The notes beneath the pieces were generated by a model. The model was given only the letters and a program-made list of their open reading frames with translations, ran no database searches and had not been told where the DNA came from. Positions 1 through 11,377 of a stretch of 21,509 bases of DNA are shown here, piece after piece. The position numbers and the translations under genes are program-made. The stretch comes from Octopus sinensis (taxonomy: Eukaryota), in assembly GCF_006345805.1 (NCBI RefSeq), contig NW_021823660.1:1-21509 (forward strand), in the 5' to 3' direction. How positions within the stretch are numbered: position 1 is the first letter of the stretch; each line of letters opens with the position of its first letter.

Positions 1-60
1 AGAAGGAAAGATCCAGAGAAGGGAAGACGGAGGAAAAAAAATCGCAACGGTACACACGCG

Positions 61-64
<4 letters not shown>
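1..64 (-). mobile_element. Partial copy (cut by the window edge) of the HHR-bearing short repeat also at 12200-12405
   Basis: agaaggaaagatccagagaagggaagacggaggaaaaaaaatcgcaacggtacacacgcggtga aligns to 12340-12404; both copies run into (TA)n at about the same point. Confidence 0.85.
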
Positions 65-100
<36 letters not shown>

Positions 101-302
101 GGTTGGAGATGATGTACAGGTATTATATATTAGAAGAAATGAGGTACTCAGAAATCTGGATGGTTTTATAGTTACAGATTTTTGAGCACCTTTTTTCTTG
201 TAATATATATATACATATATATATATATATGTACTTCTAAATATACTCACGAACACACACTTATTAGCCCACTTATTTATATGCATCAATATGTACATAC
301 AC

Positions 303-360
<58 letters not shown>
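303..360. repeat. (AGAT)n microsatellite
   Basis: Perfect tetranucleotide run. Confidence 0.98.
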
Positions 361-544
361 GAAGATAATAGATAGACTGATAATGCATGAGATATTTTCT
401 TCACCTACATAATTCCTTTTTGTATTAACTCACATTGGGATTAAGGTGGTGCTTACTATAAAAGCAAATATGCAAGATGTTTCCCGCCTCTATCTCTTTT
501 TGTCACTGTCTCTCTGTCTGTTGTCTGTTGTTTCTTTCGCTCCG

Positions 545-634
545 TCTCTCTCTCTCTATTTATATATATAATATATATATATATATATAGATATATATAA
601 TATATATATATATATATACATATTTATACATACT

Positions 635-690
<56 letters not shown>

Positions 691-839
691 ATATTATATA
701 TATATATGCTTCTACTTGCCACTTTGCATTTGTGTACACAATTCTTTACATGTGTATTTCTGTGCATCCGTATGTATGCATATATACATGCATACATAGA
801 TACACACACAGACACAGACACACACACAGACACACACAC

Positions 840-883
<44 letters not shown>

Positions 884-1030
884 GTGTGTGTTATGTATGT
901 ACCTATGTATGTATATAAATACTTGTCTGACTGAATGTTTATATGTAAATATACATATATATATGTATATGAACTGACATTCGTGTGTATGTATGTACGT
1001 AATATATATATATACATATATATATATCAT
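545..1030. repeat. Compound (CT)/(TA)/(CA) microsatellite block
   Basis: Directly visible; accounts for the overlapping YI/HT/CV ORFs. Confidence 0.95.
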
Positions 1031-1480
1031 TATAATCTCCTCTAATTATAGAAACATATACTCTGCAAAAAATATGCTATTACAACAACAATAACGAATT
1101 TACTCATCCAATGAACAGTAACCATTTATTATTTATTTACTTTTTTTTATTTCGGATGTCTAAATTGCAGTGTCTGTCTCCTCACTGGAGCGTTAAGCCT
1201 TTCTTTTTGTTTCCGAAAACTTAATTGCTTTTATATATTGATTGCAGTTTTGAGTCCAATATAACGGCCGCCATTTTAACCTGGTCGGTCTTCCAACTTC
1301 TATGTCCCATCTTTCACTCCGCTAGTTTCAATTTCATTTAATATATTTCATTGCTACAGCTATTATTTTTTTTTTTGTTATAAGGAATCTTGTTATTTGT
1401 TTTCCCTCCTTATTCTTATTTTCATTGTAACTCGACATTTTGCGCCTTTTATTTTTGTTGTACCTGTAATCTAAAAAAAA

Positions 1481-1575
<95 letters not shown>

Positions 1576-1623
1576 TATTATTATTATTATTATTACTATT
1601 ATTATTATATTATTATTATTATT
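1481..1623. repeat. (TTA)n microsatellite
   Basis: Near-perfect trinucleotide run; source of the poly-Ile and poly-Leu ORFs. Confidence 0.97.
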
Positions 1624-2061
1624 GTCATTATTTTTTTTTTTTGCGCTGCTGTCTTTTTACGACCTTTGGTTCACTTTATTGTCTATTAAATTTATTTTTC
1701 ATTGTTTTCATCTACTTTTTATTTATTCATTTAAATTTTTTTTTATCTTTATCCATTTATTCATTATTCGTCCATTCCTCGCCATTTTCGCATAACTTCC
1801 GTCATCATCCACCTCTGTCGCTTTATATTGCCGATCTCAATACTTTCTTTTCGCTCTTTTTGCTCTCCCTGCATCTTATTTTCTCATATCTTATTCTCGG
1901 TGACTTTTTGTTCTTTTATTTCTCTTGTGTCTTTCCTATATCAATTTATGCTGCCATTGTATGTCGTAGTTTTTTTTCAAGAAGATATTTTTTCTCTTCT
2001 ATCTTTGTTATTTTTGATTTTCTTACGCTTCACTGAACACTCTCTAAATCTATTTAGCTAA

Positions 2062-2097
<36 letters not shown>

Positions 2098-2741
2098 CTC
2101 TCTCTTAAATTAAATTCTTATTTGATGGCTTTCTAACTTAAACACACACAATCTCGCAACACCTATCTACACAAAATACACGCATACTTTCTCTCTCTTA
2201 TTCTTAGAATCACGCTCTTATTCTTAATTTCAATTCTTTATTGTCATATTTTCCCACATTCTCGTCTGTCCTCATGGCATTTAACCTCAATGTTAAATTC
2301 ACATATTTTATATTTCCTCCTCTTATTTTTATTTCGCTTCGTCATTATTTTCCCCTCTTTCTGCGTTTTTCCCATTTCTCCAATTTCTTCACTTGGGTTC
2401 CCGGAATTTCAATTTTTCTTTTGTTACCGTTTTCTTCCAATCATCCGTTCTATATCTATCGTTCCAATCTTCCCATGCAGTGTCTCGCCATTCATCTTAG
2501 TTATCTCCCGTTATTATCGTTGTTTAGCCCCACGTGAAACCTGATCGAATGGAAATATGAACAAGTGTGTTCCACAAGGTTTTGTGGGTGTGGTTTATAG
2601 TATATCTGCCTGCAGTCAAATATAATTCCCACAGACTACACGAGGGCAAGTCTATCTACAAGCACGCACAAACACATATTTATATACATACATACATGCA
2701 TAACACATGTATGTATATATGTATATATAAATATAATAAAT

Positions 2742-2784
<43 letters not shown>

Positions 2785-2834
2785 TATATAGATAGATAGA
2801 TACGTAGATACATACAACATATGTGAATATCTTT

Positions 2835-3005
2835 GTATCGATGTTTGTCCCCACCACTATCGCTTGACTGATGCTGGCGTGTTTACGTTCCCGTAGCCTA
2901 GCGGTTCGCCAAAAGCTTACAATGAATAAATCTTGGGCTCGATTTCTTCCACTACAAAGGTGGCGCCCCAGCAGTGCCGCATTCACATGACTGAAACAGT
3001 GAAAC
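2835..3005 (+). mobile_element. SINE family S2 (octopus OK/OR-type), decayed 3' half following a TA-rich tract
   Basis: tttgtcccccacc..atcgcttgactgatgctggcgtgtttacgttcccgtagcctagcggttcg..gccccagcagtgccgc..atgactgaaacag; tail shared with 16810-16945 and 11322-11377; matches a recalled octopus SINE 3' half. Confidence 0.75.
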
Positions 3006-3062
3006 AGCAACAGAATAAAATAATATATATACATATGCACACACCAGACAATTCTGATAACC

Positions 3063-3219
3063 ACAAATCGGAAGAGATATTTTTATTTCAAACAGAGCCT
3101 TATCACTCTCGTTGATATATACGACGGACTTCTTTTGAGTTTCCGTCTACCTAATTCACTCACAAGACAAATCGGAAGTGGTATTTTTATTTTAAACAGA
3201 GCCTTATCACTTTCGTTGA
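3063..3219. repeat. 53-bp direct repeats (3063-3115, 3167-3219) flanking a 51-bp minus-strand S2 SINE fragment
   Basis: acaaatcggaag..aaacagagccttatcact(c/t)tcgttga occurs twice; the spacer reverse complement cttgtgagtgaattaggtagacggaaactcaaaagaagtccgtcgtatata matches 12017-12060 and 18326-18342. Confidence 0.9.
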
Positions 3220-3440
3220 CCGGTTAGAATTCTGTAATATTAAATATATTTGAATAAATCCCAAATTGCGTCCAGCGTGTGGCGAAAGCAATATCATTCA
3301 ATAATAAACCTTACTTGTGCATTGTAGATTGTTAGTTGTTTGGGAAAATTAAGTATTTCCAACACTGGAGAGAAAGGACAATTGCTGAGATTCTACCTTT
3401 ACTATCCTAAAGACAAAATTTCATCAGGAGAGAGATTTTT

Positions 3441-3595
3441 AACGAGCGGAGGGCCTAGCAAGTGAAGCAGCCGTGTGGACATTAGTTAAATGCTACTCGT
3501 GCTTATTAGGTGTAAAGTGTGTAAACGAGAGGTAGACCAAGCAATTGAAGCAACTGAGTGGACACTAGATAAATGCTGCCCATACTTAATCGGTT
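3441..3595. repeat. Diverged two-copy tandem repeat, 83-bp period
   Basis: gcaagtgaagcagccgtgtggacattagttaaatgct (3458) vs gcaattgaagcaactgagtggacactagataaatgct (3541). Confidence 0.85.
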
Positions 3596-3693
3596 TCTTT
3601 TTGTTTTTTTGCTGTTTAAACAGGAACGATTATTACTACTTTATTTACATTATTTACATTTGACTCATAGTTGTCCTCATCTTGCTTGTTGTT

Positions 3694-3947
3694 AACTGCC
3701 GTTTTCCCCAGCAGAAAACAGAATTTCACGGGAGCACGCAATTTCTTCGTTTCAGCCATCGGAAAAATCGATGAATATGAGAGAAACACTGCAAAACAAA
3801 GACGCCCCATGTGGTAGCAGAAATTAACACAGTCGGTAGACTGATGCCTGGGGGTTGCATCAAGTGGCTTCTAACAGCGGATTCCTGAACTAAAGTCGGC
3901 TTGTCCAACAGAGAACATTTCTGGTTACTTTTGTGTATCTACTCGTA
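3694..3947 (-). mobile_element. Mariner 5' fragment: TIR-like end, leader and transposase N-terminus
   Basis: Minus strand begins tacgagtagatacacaaaagtaaccagaa (mariner-type TACGAG end); 3759-3694 translates MAETKKLRAPVKFCFLLGKTAV, matching the mariner N-terminal R..(I/V)KFCF.LGK(T/S)A motif. Confidence 0.75.
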
Positions 3948-4080
3948 CTTATACACATACATATATATATACATACATACATACATACATAGTATCTGTT
4001 CACATGTCAAAAATAAGAACTTCAACACGGTAACGTGTTTCAAATGGGAATCATCTCGTACAACTTTTTCTCATAACTCT

Positions 4081-4202
4081 TAGGACAGGCTGAAAAGTTT
4101 ATAGGCTAACTTTGAAGGAGTGATGCCAGGGTTGCAAAATACTGCATGCATTAATTCCAACTGTCGCCATTAATAATTGTATTGTTTCTTTCCAGGTAAA
4201 CT
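4081..4202 (+). mobile_element. Mariner 5' end fragment (same family as 4314-5055)
   Basis: ggctgaaaagtttataggctaactttgaaggagtgatgc..ttaataattgtattgtttct is homologous to 4323-4341 joined to 4767-4850. Confidence 0.75.
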
Positions 4203-4313
4203 TGGTATGTCGGCATGTAGAATTATAGCATCCGTTCGCAGGTCTAAAACAAGAACTCCAATGAGGTAACGAGTTTCAAACAGGCGCAATTTTCTAAATG
4301 TTTTTCTTGCAAT

Positions 4314-5055
4314 TACGAGAATGGGCTGAAATATTTATAGGGGAACTGGCAGAAACATTAGCATGCCGAGCGAAGTGCTTACCGGTATTTCGTCTGCCGC
4401 TATGTTCTGAGTTCAGATACCGCCGAGGTCGACTTTGCTTTTCTTCCTTTCGGGGTCGATTAAATAAGTACCAGTTACGCCCTATGGTCGATATAATCGA
4501 CTTAATCCGTTTGGCTGTCCTTGTTTGTCCTCTCTGTGTTTAGCCCCTTGTGGGTAGGAAAGAAATAGGTATTTCGTTTGCTGCTACGTTCTGAGTTCAA
4601 ATTCCGCCGAGGTTGACTTTGCCTTTCATGTTTTCGGGGTCGATAAATTAAGTACCAGTTACGGACTGGCGTCGATGTAATCGACTTAATCCCTTTGCCT
4701 GTCCTTGTTTGTCGCCTCTATGTTTGGCCCCTTGTGGGCAATAAAGAATTAAGAAATATTTATAGGCTGATTATTAAGGAGCTATGCTAGAGCTCTGAAA
4801 TATTGCCTGAACTAATTCCATTTTTTAATAATTGTATTGTTTCTCTTTAGCTAAGCTTTTATCTCATTGTTCATCGGGATTTGTAATTAACTAGTAGCAA
4901 ATTCTATTGAAAATGGACAAAATTTGGTAATGCGATGTTATCAAGAACCCGCCGAAAGAGGATATTCATGCAAATATACTATGCTTGCTACGTACGAGGA
5001 TTACGCTCCAGCTTTATCAATACTACAAAAGTGGACAGATGAATTTTGGTGGGGA
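4314..5055 (+). mobile_element. Mariner 5' fragment with decayed transposase start (4913-5055), interrupted by a SINE dimer
   Basis: tacgagaatgggctgaaa TIR-like start; ATG at 4913 reads MDKIW*CDVIK; after a frameshift, 4999 reads DYAPALSILQKWTDEF (mariner first HTH: ..P..STV.KW..EF). Confidence 0.8.
4342..4752 (+). mobile_element. SINE family S1 dimer (tRNA head + core + tail A, then a 5'-truncated second unit) with 14-bp TSD
   Basis: A-box-like tggcagaaac and B-box-like gagttca(a/g)at..cc; TSD gaaatatttatagg at 4328-4341 and 4753-4766; unit junction at about 4569. Confidence 0.9.
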
Positions 5056-5619
5056 GATTATCACAGCCAATGAAAACCCTCGTTGATTTCACTTCAATAC
5101 GGCATATCTTGAAGGGATCTGAATGGCCCCCAACCAGCTCAGGGTACCTATATACAACCACTTAATCTGGGTTATGGCTGTAATGGGTAGAGTCAACAGA
5201 ATATTAGTTATTAGTTATTATCAATTAATCTTATAACGTTGGCAATTACTTCTATATCCAAATTCTAAATAAAACTAATTTTGTAAACAACGGTTTTTTT
5301 AATTCTTATTTTTTATTGAGTTTTCTTGTTTGGTTTTCATTTAATCTAGCAATATATATATGAATAAATTAATCTATGATTAAGATAGGATTGTTCAAAG
5401 ATTGCATTGTTGAAATGTATTTATTTAATGTAAACATGGACATTGGCTTGATTGAATATATAAAGCAAAAAGAGAGGAAGGAGACCCAAAAATAATATCA
5501 AGCTTAAATATATTAATACGATAAAACATATAAAGTTGTGTGACAAATAAATACATACAGAAATATACTGATTGACAGGGAAAAAAGACACAACACATGC
5601 ACACAAAAACACATACGCA

Positions 5620-5814
5620 CACGCACACACACACACACATATATATATGTAATATATATATATATAATATATATATTATATATATATATATATATCAATA
5701 AAGATATATAGGAATATATGTGTATATTATAAACGTAAAAGCAACGTACATACATAAATAGTGGTGCATATGTATATATGTTAATATTTACGTATATATA
5801 TATATATATATATC

Positions 5815-5869
<55 letters not shown>

Positions 5870-6050
5870 GTATATATATATATATATATATATATGCGTG
5901 TATGTATATATATATGTATATACTTTTATAAATTAATACAGGTACAGACAAACACACACACATACACTCCTGTATGCATATATATGTATGTATATATATA
6001 TATGTATATATGTATAAAAATATATATATACATATATACCTATATACACA
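5620..6050. repeat. Compound (CA)/(TA) microsatellite block
   Basis: Directly visible. Confidence 0.9.
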
Positions 6051-6449
6051 TGTACAGAGTGAGAAAATATTGGGAAGGAAGTAGAAGTAGAGAGGGAGAG
6101 AGAGAGAGAGAAGTGATTGAATTTTGTCCTTTACATATCTGATCAATCCTATGTTCCCCGAGTATATTGAATATCGGGAAAACTTTTCAATCAAATATAT
6201 ATTAAAAAAAACCAAAAAAAAAAACAAAACAAACAAAATGAACGAAAACAAGAAAGAAAAATATATATAAAAAAAAGTAAGCAACCAGCAAAAGAAAATC
6301 TCTTCGTTGCATAAAAATGATTTCTATTTAATTAGCAAGATCTATTAATTAGTAATTACATTGTTATGCTATTGATTATAATGAATATTACAGTTTTTGA
6401 TTATGTATGCCCATAATGTTTTGTAGGAGTGTGTCGGTGACGGAACTGC

Positions 6450-6551
6450 ACACAAACACACACATTCTCTCACACACACGCACACACACACTCTCTCTCT
6501 CACACACTCACTCTCTCTTTCTCTCTCTCTCTCTCACACACGCATGATGTC

Positions 6552-6590
<39 letters not shown>

Positions 6591-6740
6591 GTATGTTTGT
6601 ATATGTATGTACATATGGACGTGTACATGTATTCATTTGCGTACGTACACATATGCGTATATGTAGATAGGTATGCAATGCAAGTATATAGATATATTTT
6701 AGTGTGTATGTTTATATACATATGTATGCGTATATGTAAG
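6450..6740. repeat. Compound (CA)/(CT)/(TA)/(TATG) microsatellite block
   Basis: Directly visible. Confidence 0.9.
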
Positions 6741-7344
6741 TACGAACGTATTTTCTGTGAAATACACATTCGTACATTATTTTTCCATGTGTTGGTCAAG
6801 CAGCATTGATCAGCAAAGGACTTACCAATCACGGAACCACACATCTGTCAGCACGCAACGAGTAGGGAGAGTTCTACGCACTGTCTGCTTGTACTATCAG
6901 TAAAGTCTGTCTAAAAGCATAGCAAAGTATTTGAGAACTCAACGGGCAGAAAGGATCAATGTACAGATAATAAATAGAAACAACAATGGCTGAAACAGGA
7001 GTCACTTTGTCTGTTATAAACCAGAATACAAGGCCATTCAGAAACGCTTGGTTTCATTTAGTGTGCTTCTAGTTTCTACAGAAGAGATATGGAACGGTTC
7101 AGATACATTTTAATTTATGGGTCCCGTTTTTATTTCAGACCGTTTGTTGTGCAAAACTTGCCATTAGATGTCGAAAGTAATTCCGAATCCATGATACAAA
7201 AGAGTAACACCCAAATTATAGTGGGTGCTTGTGTTTAAGAAACACCAAAAAAGAGAATAAAATTAATAAAATACTGAAACCTATTAAAACACAAGAAGTA
7301 TATGTCCATATGTTCGTATATATAAATATATATATATATATACA

Positions 7345-7515
7345 CCGTAGTTTAACGTGTATAAGGAACCCTTCGTTTATCAAAAATTAGGTTAAAAATA
7401 TGGGAACTTCTTATACATGGATAGTATTATAATCCTTTACAAAACCTATTTTCTAAATTTTAAGCGCCCCCCCGCCCAAATTATGATGGGGTACCTTATA
7501 CACGTTCAAATACGT
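7345..7515. mobile_element. ~170-bp MITE with ~27-bp imperfect TIRs (Tc1/mariner-pogo-type CCGTA ends)
   Basis: Left ccgtagtttaacgtgtataaggaaccc; right end reverse complement acgtatttgaacgtgtataaggtaccc; TA at the right flank. Confidence 0.7.
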
Positions 7516-7527
7516 TATTCATATATC

Positions 7528-7604
7528 AGTACCAGGTGAGCACTAGTCTTGATATAATCAAATAAAACTCTGTGCCAGAACTCCATGCCTGGTGCCTATA
7601 GTGC
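7528..7604 (+). mobile_element. Highly decayed S1 SINE tail-B fragment
   Basis: agtaccaggtgagcactag..gatataatc..gcctggtgcctatagt resembles the tails at 18460-18545 and 10090-10160. Confidence 0.45.
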
Positions 7605-7676
7605 AAAATATATTTTAGACAAACTGAAAGAGAATGAGCGGACAAAAGGGTTACATTGCTTGCAGAAATGGTTAAA

Positions 7677-8065
7677 GCGGCGGGTTGGCAGAAACTTTAG
7701 CATGCCAGGCGAAATGCTTAGCGGTATTTCATCTGCCGTTATGTTCTGAGTTCAAATTCCGCCGAGGTCGACTTTGCCTTTCATCCTTCCGGGGTCGATT
7801 AAATAAGTACCAGTTACGCACTAGGGTCGATATAATCAACTTAATCCGTTTGTCTGTCCTTGTTTGTCCTTGTGGGTAGTAAAGAAATAGGTATTTCGTC
7901 TACCGCTACGTTCCGAGTTCAAATTCCGCCGTGGTCGACTTTACCTTTCATCCTTTCGGGGTCGATAAATTAAGTACCAGTTACGCACTGGGGTCGAATT
8001 AATCCCTTTGTCTGTCCTTGTTTGTCCCCTCTATGTTTGGCTCCTTGTGGGCAATAAAGAAATAC
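7677..8065 (+). mobile_element. SINE family S1 dimer with 9-bp candidate TSD
   Basis: gcggcgggttggcagaaac head, gagttcaaattccgcc B box, junction at 7891; gaaatggtt at 7665-7673 and 8066-8074. Confidence 0.9.
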
Positions 8066-8115
8066 GAAATGGTTTGCAGTATTCGTGCCAGATCATTTAC
8101 CTTGTGAGAAGAAAT

Positions 8116-8175
8116 CTCTCCGCGCACAACGCTGCCTTTCATCTCCTCTTCGAAGTCGATATAATGAAGTATCAT
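8116..8175 (+). mobile_element. Old S1 core fragment
   Basis: ctgcctttcatctcctcttcgaagtcgatataatgaagtatca vs core ttgcctttcatcctttcggggtcgataaattaagtacca. Confidence 0.5.
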
Positions 8176-9616
8176 TCAAAAACTAGTCTCAGTTTATCCG
8201 CCTAAAATCCTTACCTCTAAACTGCTAATGTTTGAGTAAATGAGAAACAATTATGAGACAACCTTCAGCTAATAGAAACTCATATATGATCGGATAGTAT
8301 GGGAGATCAGAAATGTAATATTAAGGTTTGTATTTATACAGTTTACAGAAGACATAGTTTTGTCTCTGGCATCTGTAAAAATTTTGCAGACTGTCAAAAT
8401 ATTAGTTAGAAATTCAGTGTTGAATTTGCTCCAGAAACTTCATTTAAATATATTCTGTTTTATCGCTGAGCGCTCATATATCATTGTCTACGAGAAATCC
8501 TTTACTATCATCGTAATCAACACCGTTACAAGCTCCACATTTTCCTCCTCATCATCACTTATATATATATATATATATATATATTCTCTATTTCTCTCTC
8601 CCGCGCGCGTGTGTATGTACATACATATGTACATACACACTGATATATAATCATAAATTTATACACAAAGATTGCTTTTGTCTTTCCCATCACTGAGCTA
8701 ATTAATTCTTTCTAAATATGAAAGTATATTTAGAATGAAATAAATCATCGCTTTACTAGTTTTTTTTCTGTCTTTTTTTGTGAAATCAGATATAATTGCT
8801 AGAATTCAATCAAATATAGCTTTCTTGGCAGATTTTTGGCGCTATGCCCAATGAAAGATACCTTGGAATATTGAAATTAACGCCAATATACATTGAAGAT
8901 ATATTGGGAAATTGATGACTATTTCAAAGTGTACTGTCAAACTATTTTAATAAAATAAGTATCGATAATTTTAGTAACATGATAACATAATAGATATTGT
9001 AACAGAATTCACGTATAAGTTCTCCTAATTTGTTTGAAGAATTCTCTTATATAAATATATCCTTTGTACAAGGAGACCAAGTCAAAAATATAAAAACCAA
9101 ACCAAATGTCGCATATACAAAAGCATAGAATCTTACATTGGAATATACGTATGCACATATGCATACATACACACACGATACTCTTTTCTTACACCGACAC
9201 ACACACACTAGCACACACTCGTACATTAGCATGTATACATGAATATTTACCCCATAAATCAGGGATCAAGAATATTCAAGTGACACGCCACAAACTTGTT
9301 GATATTTAAAAGACTCCTAACATAAAACCAGACAAGCCACTGGGTGGTTCCTTGTAAAATAGTAATCACGTTGCCATATTCTCACCAAACATGTATTACA
9401 ATGTATATACAGCACTATATACAGTGGAAGATACCTTTACTTGAACTATCACCAATATTTTAGTAAAACAGTATATATGAATGAGAGAAGGCAAATTCAA
9501 GATAACATATAACAATGATTGTCGTACAGACCTATTAATATCTACGCATATCATTTACATATGTATTAGCCGTAAAGCTCTATACCTTAATCAATTCCTG
9601 AGAATTTCAAGTCACA

Positions 9617-10036
9617 GCCATATAGCAGTTAGATATAATAACTATAAAAAAAAAGAGACCTCAAATATTTTCGCATTTACTCGATCGCATATTCTGTCTA
9701 TTTCAACCCATTTGAGATATTCGCTGAGTCGGTTAGGGCACTTTTTAAATATCTTTCGATATACCTTACGATAATATCTAACGCTCGACTTTCCATAGTA
9801 GTCTCAGACGTACCAACCTTTAAGGAGCTCAGCTTGAAATAATATCCATATATTATTTAGATATAGTAACTACAAAGAAAAACAATGACCTAAATATTTT
9901 CGCATTTGCTCCAACGCATATTATGTCTGCTTTAATTCATTTTAGCTATTTGAGATATTCGCTGAGCCGTTTAGGGCACTTTTCAAATATCTTTCAAGAA
10001 ATCTTACGTTAAGAACATTTAACGCTCGACTTTCCA
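9617..10036. repeat. Diverged two-copy tandem repeat, ~240-bp period
   Basis: gagatattcgctgag at 9714 and 9953; aacgctcgactttcca at 9780 and 10021; aaatattttcgcattt in both copies. Confidence 0.9.
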
Positions 10037-10089
10037 GAGTTGTGTTCTTATAAATAATTTGTATTTAAACGTACGCGTCTGAAAACTAT

Positions 10090-10288
10090 CTTTTCTACTC
10101 TAGGCACAAGGCCCAAAATTTTGAAGGATGGGGCCAGTCAATTAGATCGACCCCAGTACGCAACAGGTGCTTAATTTATCGAGACTAAAGGATGAAAAGC
10201 AAAGTTGACCTCGGCGGAATTTGAACTAAGAACGTAACGACAGACGAAATACCTGTAAGCATTTCGTTCGGTGTGCAAACGGTTCTCA
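10090..10288 (-). mobile_element. SINE family S1 monomer with alternative tail B
   Basis: Reverse complement carries the S1 head and core, then ..ttttgggccttgtgcctagagtagaaa instead of tail A. Confidence 0.85.
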
Positions 10289-10339
10289 TACACACGATGG
10301 AGCCTCTACGCAGCATTGCGAAAGACAGGATATCGTTCG

Positions 10340-11280
10340 TACACCAGACGTTGTAAGTCCTGCTAGATGGATGTCAAAAGTAATTTACGCATCCAAGATA
10401 TACCTGTTTCAAGATCGATTTCAGGTATCTCCTGGGGAGAAGTAATCGTTGAAGAAGAATATATATTTTTCTTGCTGAAGTGTATGATCGAGTCTGGTTT
10501 CTGTCATCTAAAGTAATTGAAGCACTTTATCATGATTTCATATTCACGTGTCAACTGATACATTTTCAGAATATTGATTCTGCAATCAGTAAGGCTGTTG
10601 CGAAAAGATCTTCCATTCACCTCTGCTACTTAGCTCCTCCCGAAACTGTGACTCTATTCACATTTCGACAAAGACCCTTCAACATGGAAGGATGATCCTA
10701 GTTACAAAAGTGGACTTGAAAAACTTGAGAAGGCAGTTGCTATGAATGATGTTGCAGAAAGAGGCGTCAAACTCATTCAGGGTTACAATAACATTCTCAC
10801 AAAACATGAAACCGAGAAACAATTTATTTTACAGATCGTTACCGAAAATAGTAAAACATACTCAACTGCCACTAAATCCTTTCTTATGCAAAAATATTGT
10901 TCAATATCCAGAGTTCAGTGGTCACATTATAGTTTTGGTTCTATATTTGCAGTAAATAAAAATGCGTTTCTCGTATAGAAGTTGTGTGCTTTATTAAAGA
11001 AACCTTATATTTATTAAGTTTTTCATCTTATTTCAGGAATTTTTCAAATTAGCTATTGGTGAATTTGATTCATAACGAAAACAGTATACCGCTTTTGAAA
11101 AGAACTAATCTTTGCGTATACTATGTTCCAACTTGTGGGCGTTTGAGGGTCACCTAGTACTTGATGATTGAGTCAAAGTTTTGCATACCGCGTTATTTTG
11201 TTTATTGTAGCAGGATTAGTGACTGGGAGCAGCAAAATTGTAACTTTCGAAAAATTAGCTATTTCTAACGGTCACTCTAA
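10340..11280 (+). mobile_element. hAT-superfamily (hATm-like) transposon remnant: decayed C-terminal transposase and 3' end
   Basis: Broken frames read PARWMSKVIYASKIYLFQDRF, ISKAVAKRSSIHLCYL..ETVTL and KDPSTWKDDPSYKSGLEKL..MNDVAERGVKLIQGYNNILTK; recalled hATm-type motifs are ARWMAKAIY.LKI.LF, HLWYL.EE.V.L and VND.AERGVKL; the end cggtcactctaa (reverse complement ttagagtgaccg) resembles TAG(G/A)GTG termini. Confidence 0.75.
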
Positions 11281-11321
11281 TGTACATATATGTATATATA
11301 TTAAAAATTTTTTTTTTTTTT

Positions 11322-11377
11322 AATTTTTTATCTAGTTTCAGCTCACAAGCTGTGGCCATGCTGGGGCACCGCCATTT
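11322..11377 (-). mobile_element. S2-type SINE 3' tail
   Basis: Reverse complement aaatggcggtgccccagcatggccacagcttgtgagctgaaactagataaaaa, similar to 2959-3000. Confidence 0.65.

Noticed and set aside
3330-3456. Additional hammerhead at ctgatga (minus, 3421-3427) and tttaacgagcggag resembling motif A
   Set aside because: No GAAA with a matching stem I partner; the 14-nt similarity could be chance.
3063-3595. CRISPR-like repeat-spacer pattern
   Set aside because: Only two copies of each unit, eukaryotic context, the spacer is a SINE fragment, and there are no cas genes.
4342-4425. tRNA genes at the SINE heads
   Set aside because: A- and B-box-like motifs are present, but they are fused to SINE core and tail sequence and no intact cloverleaf is evident.
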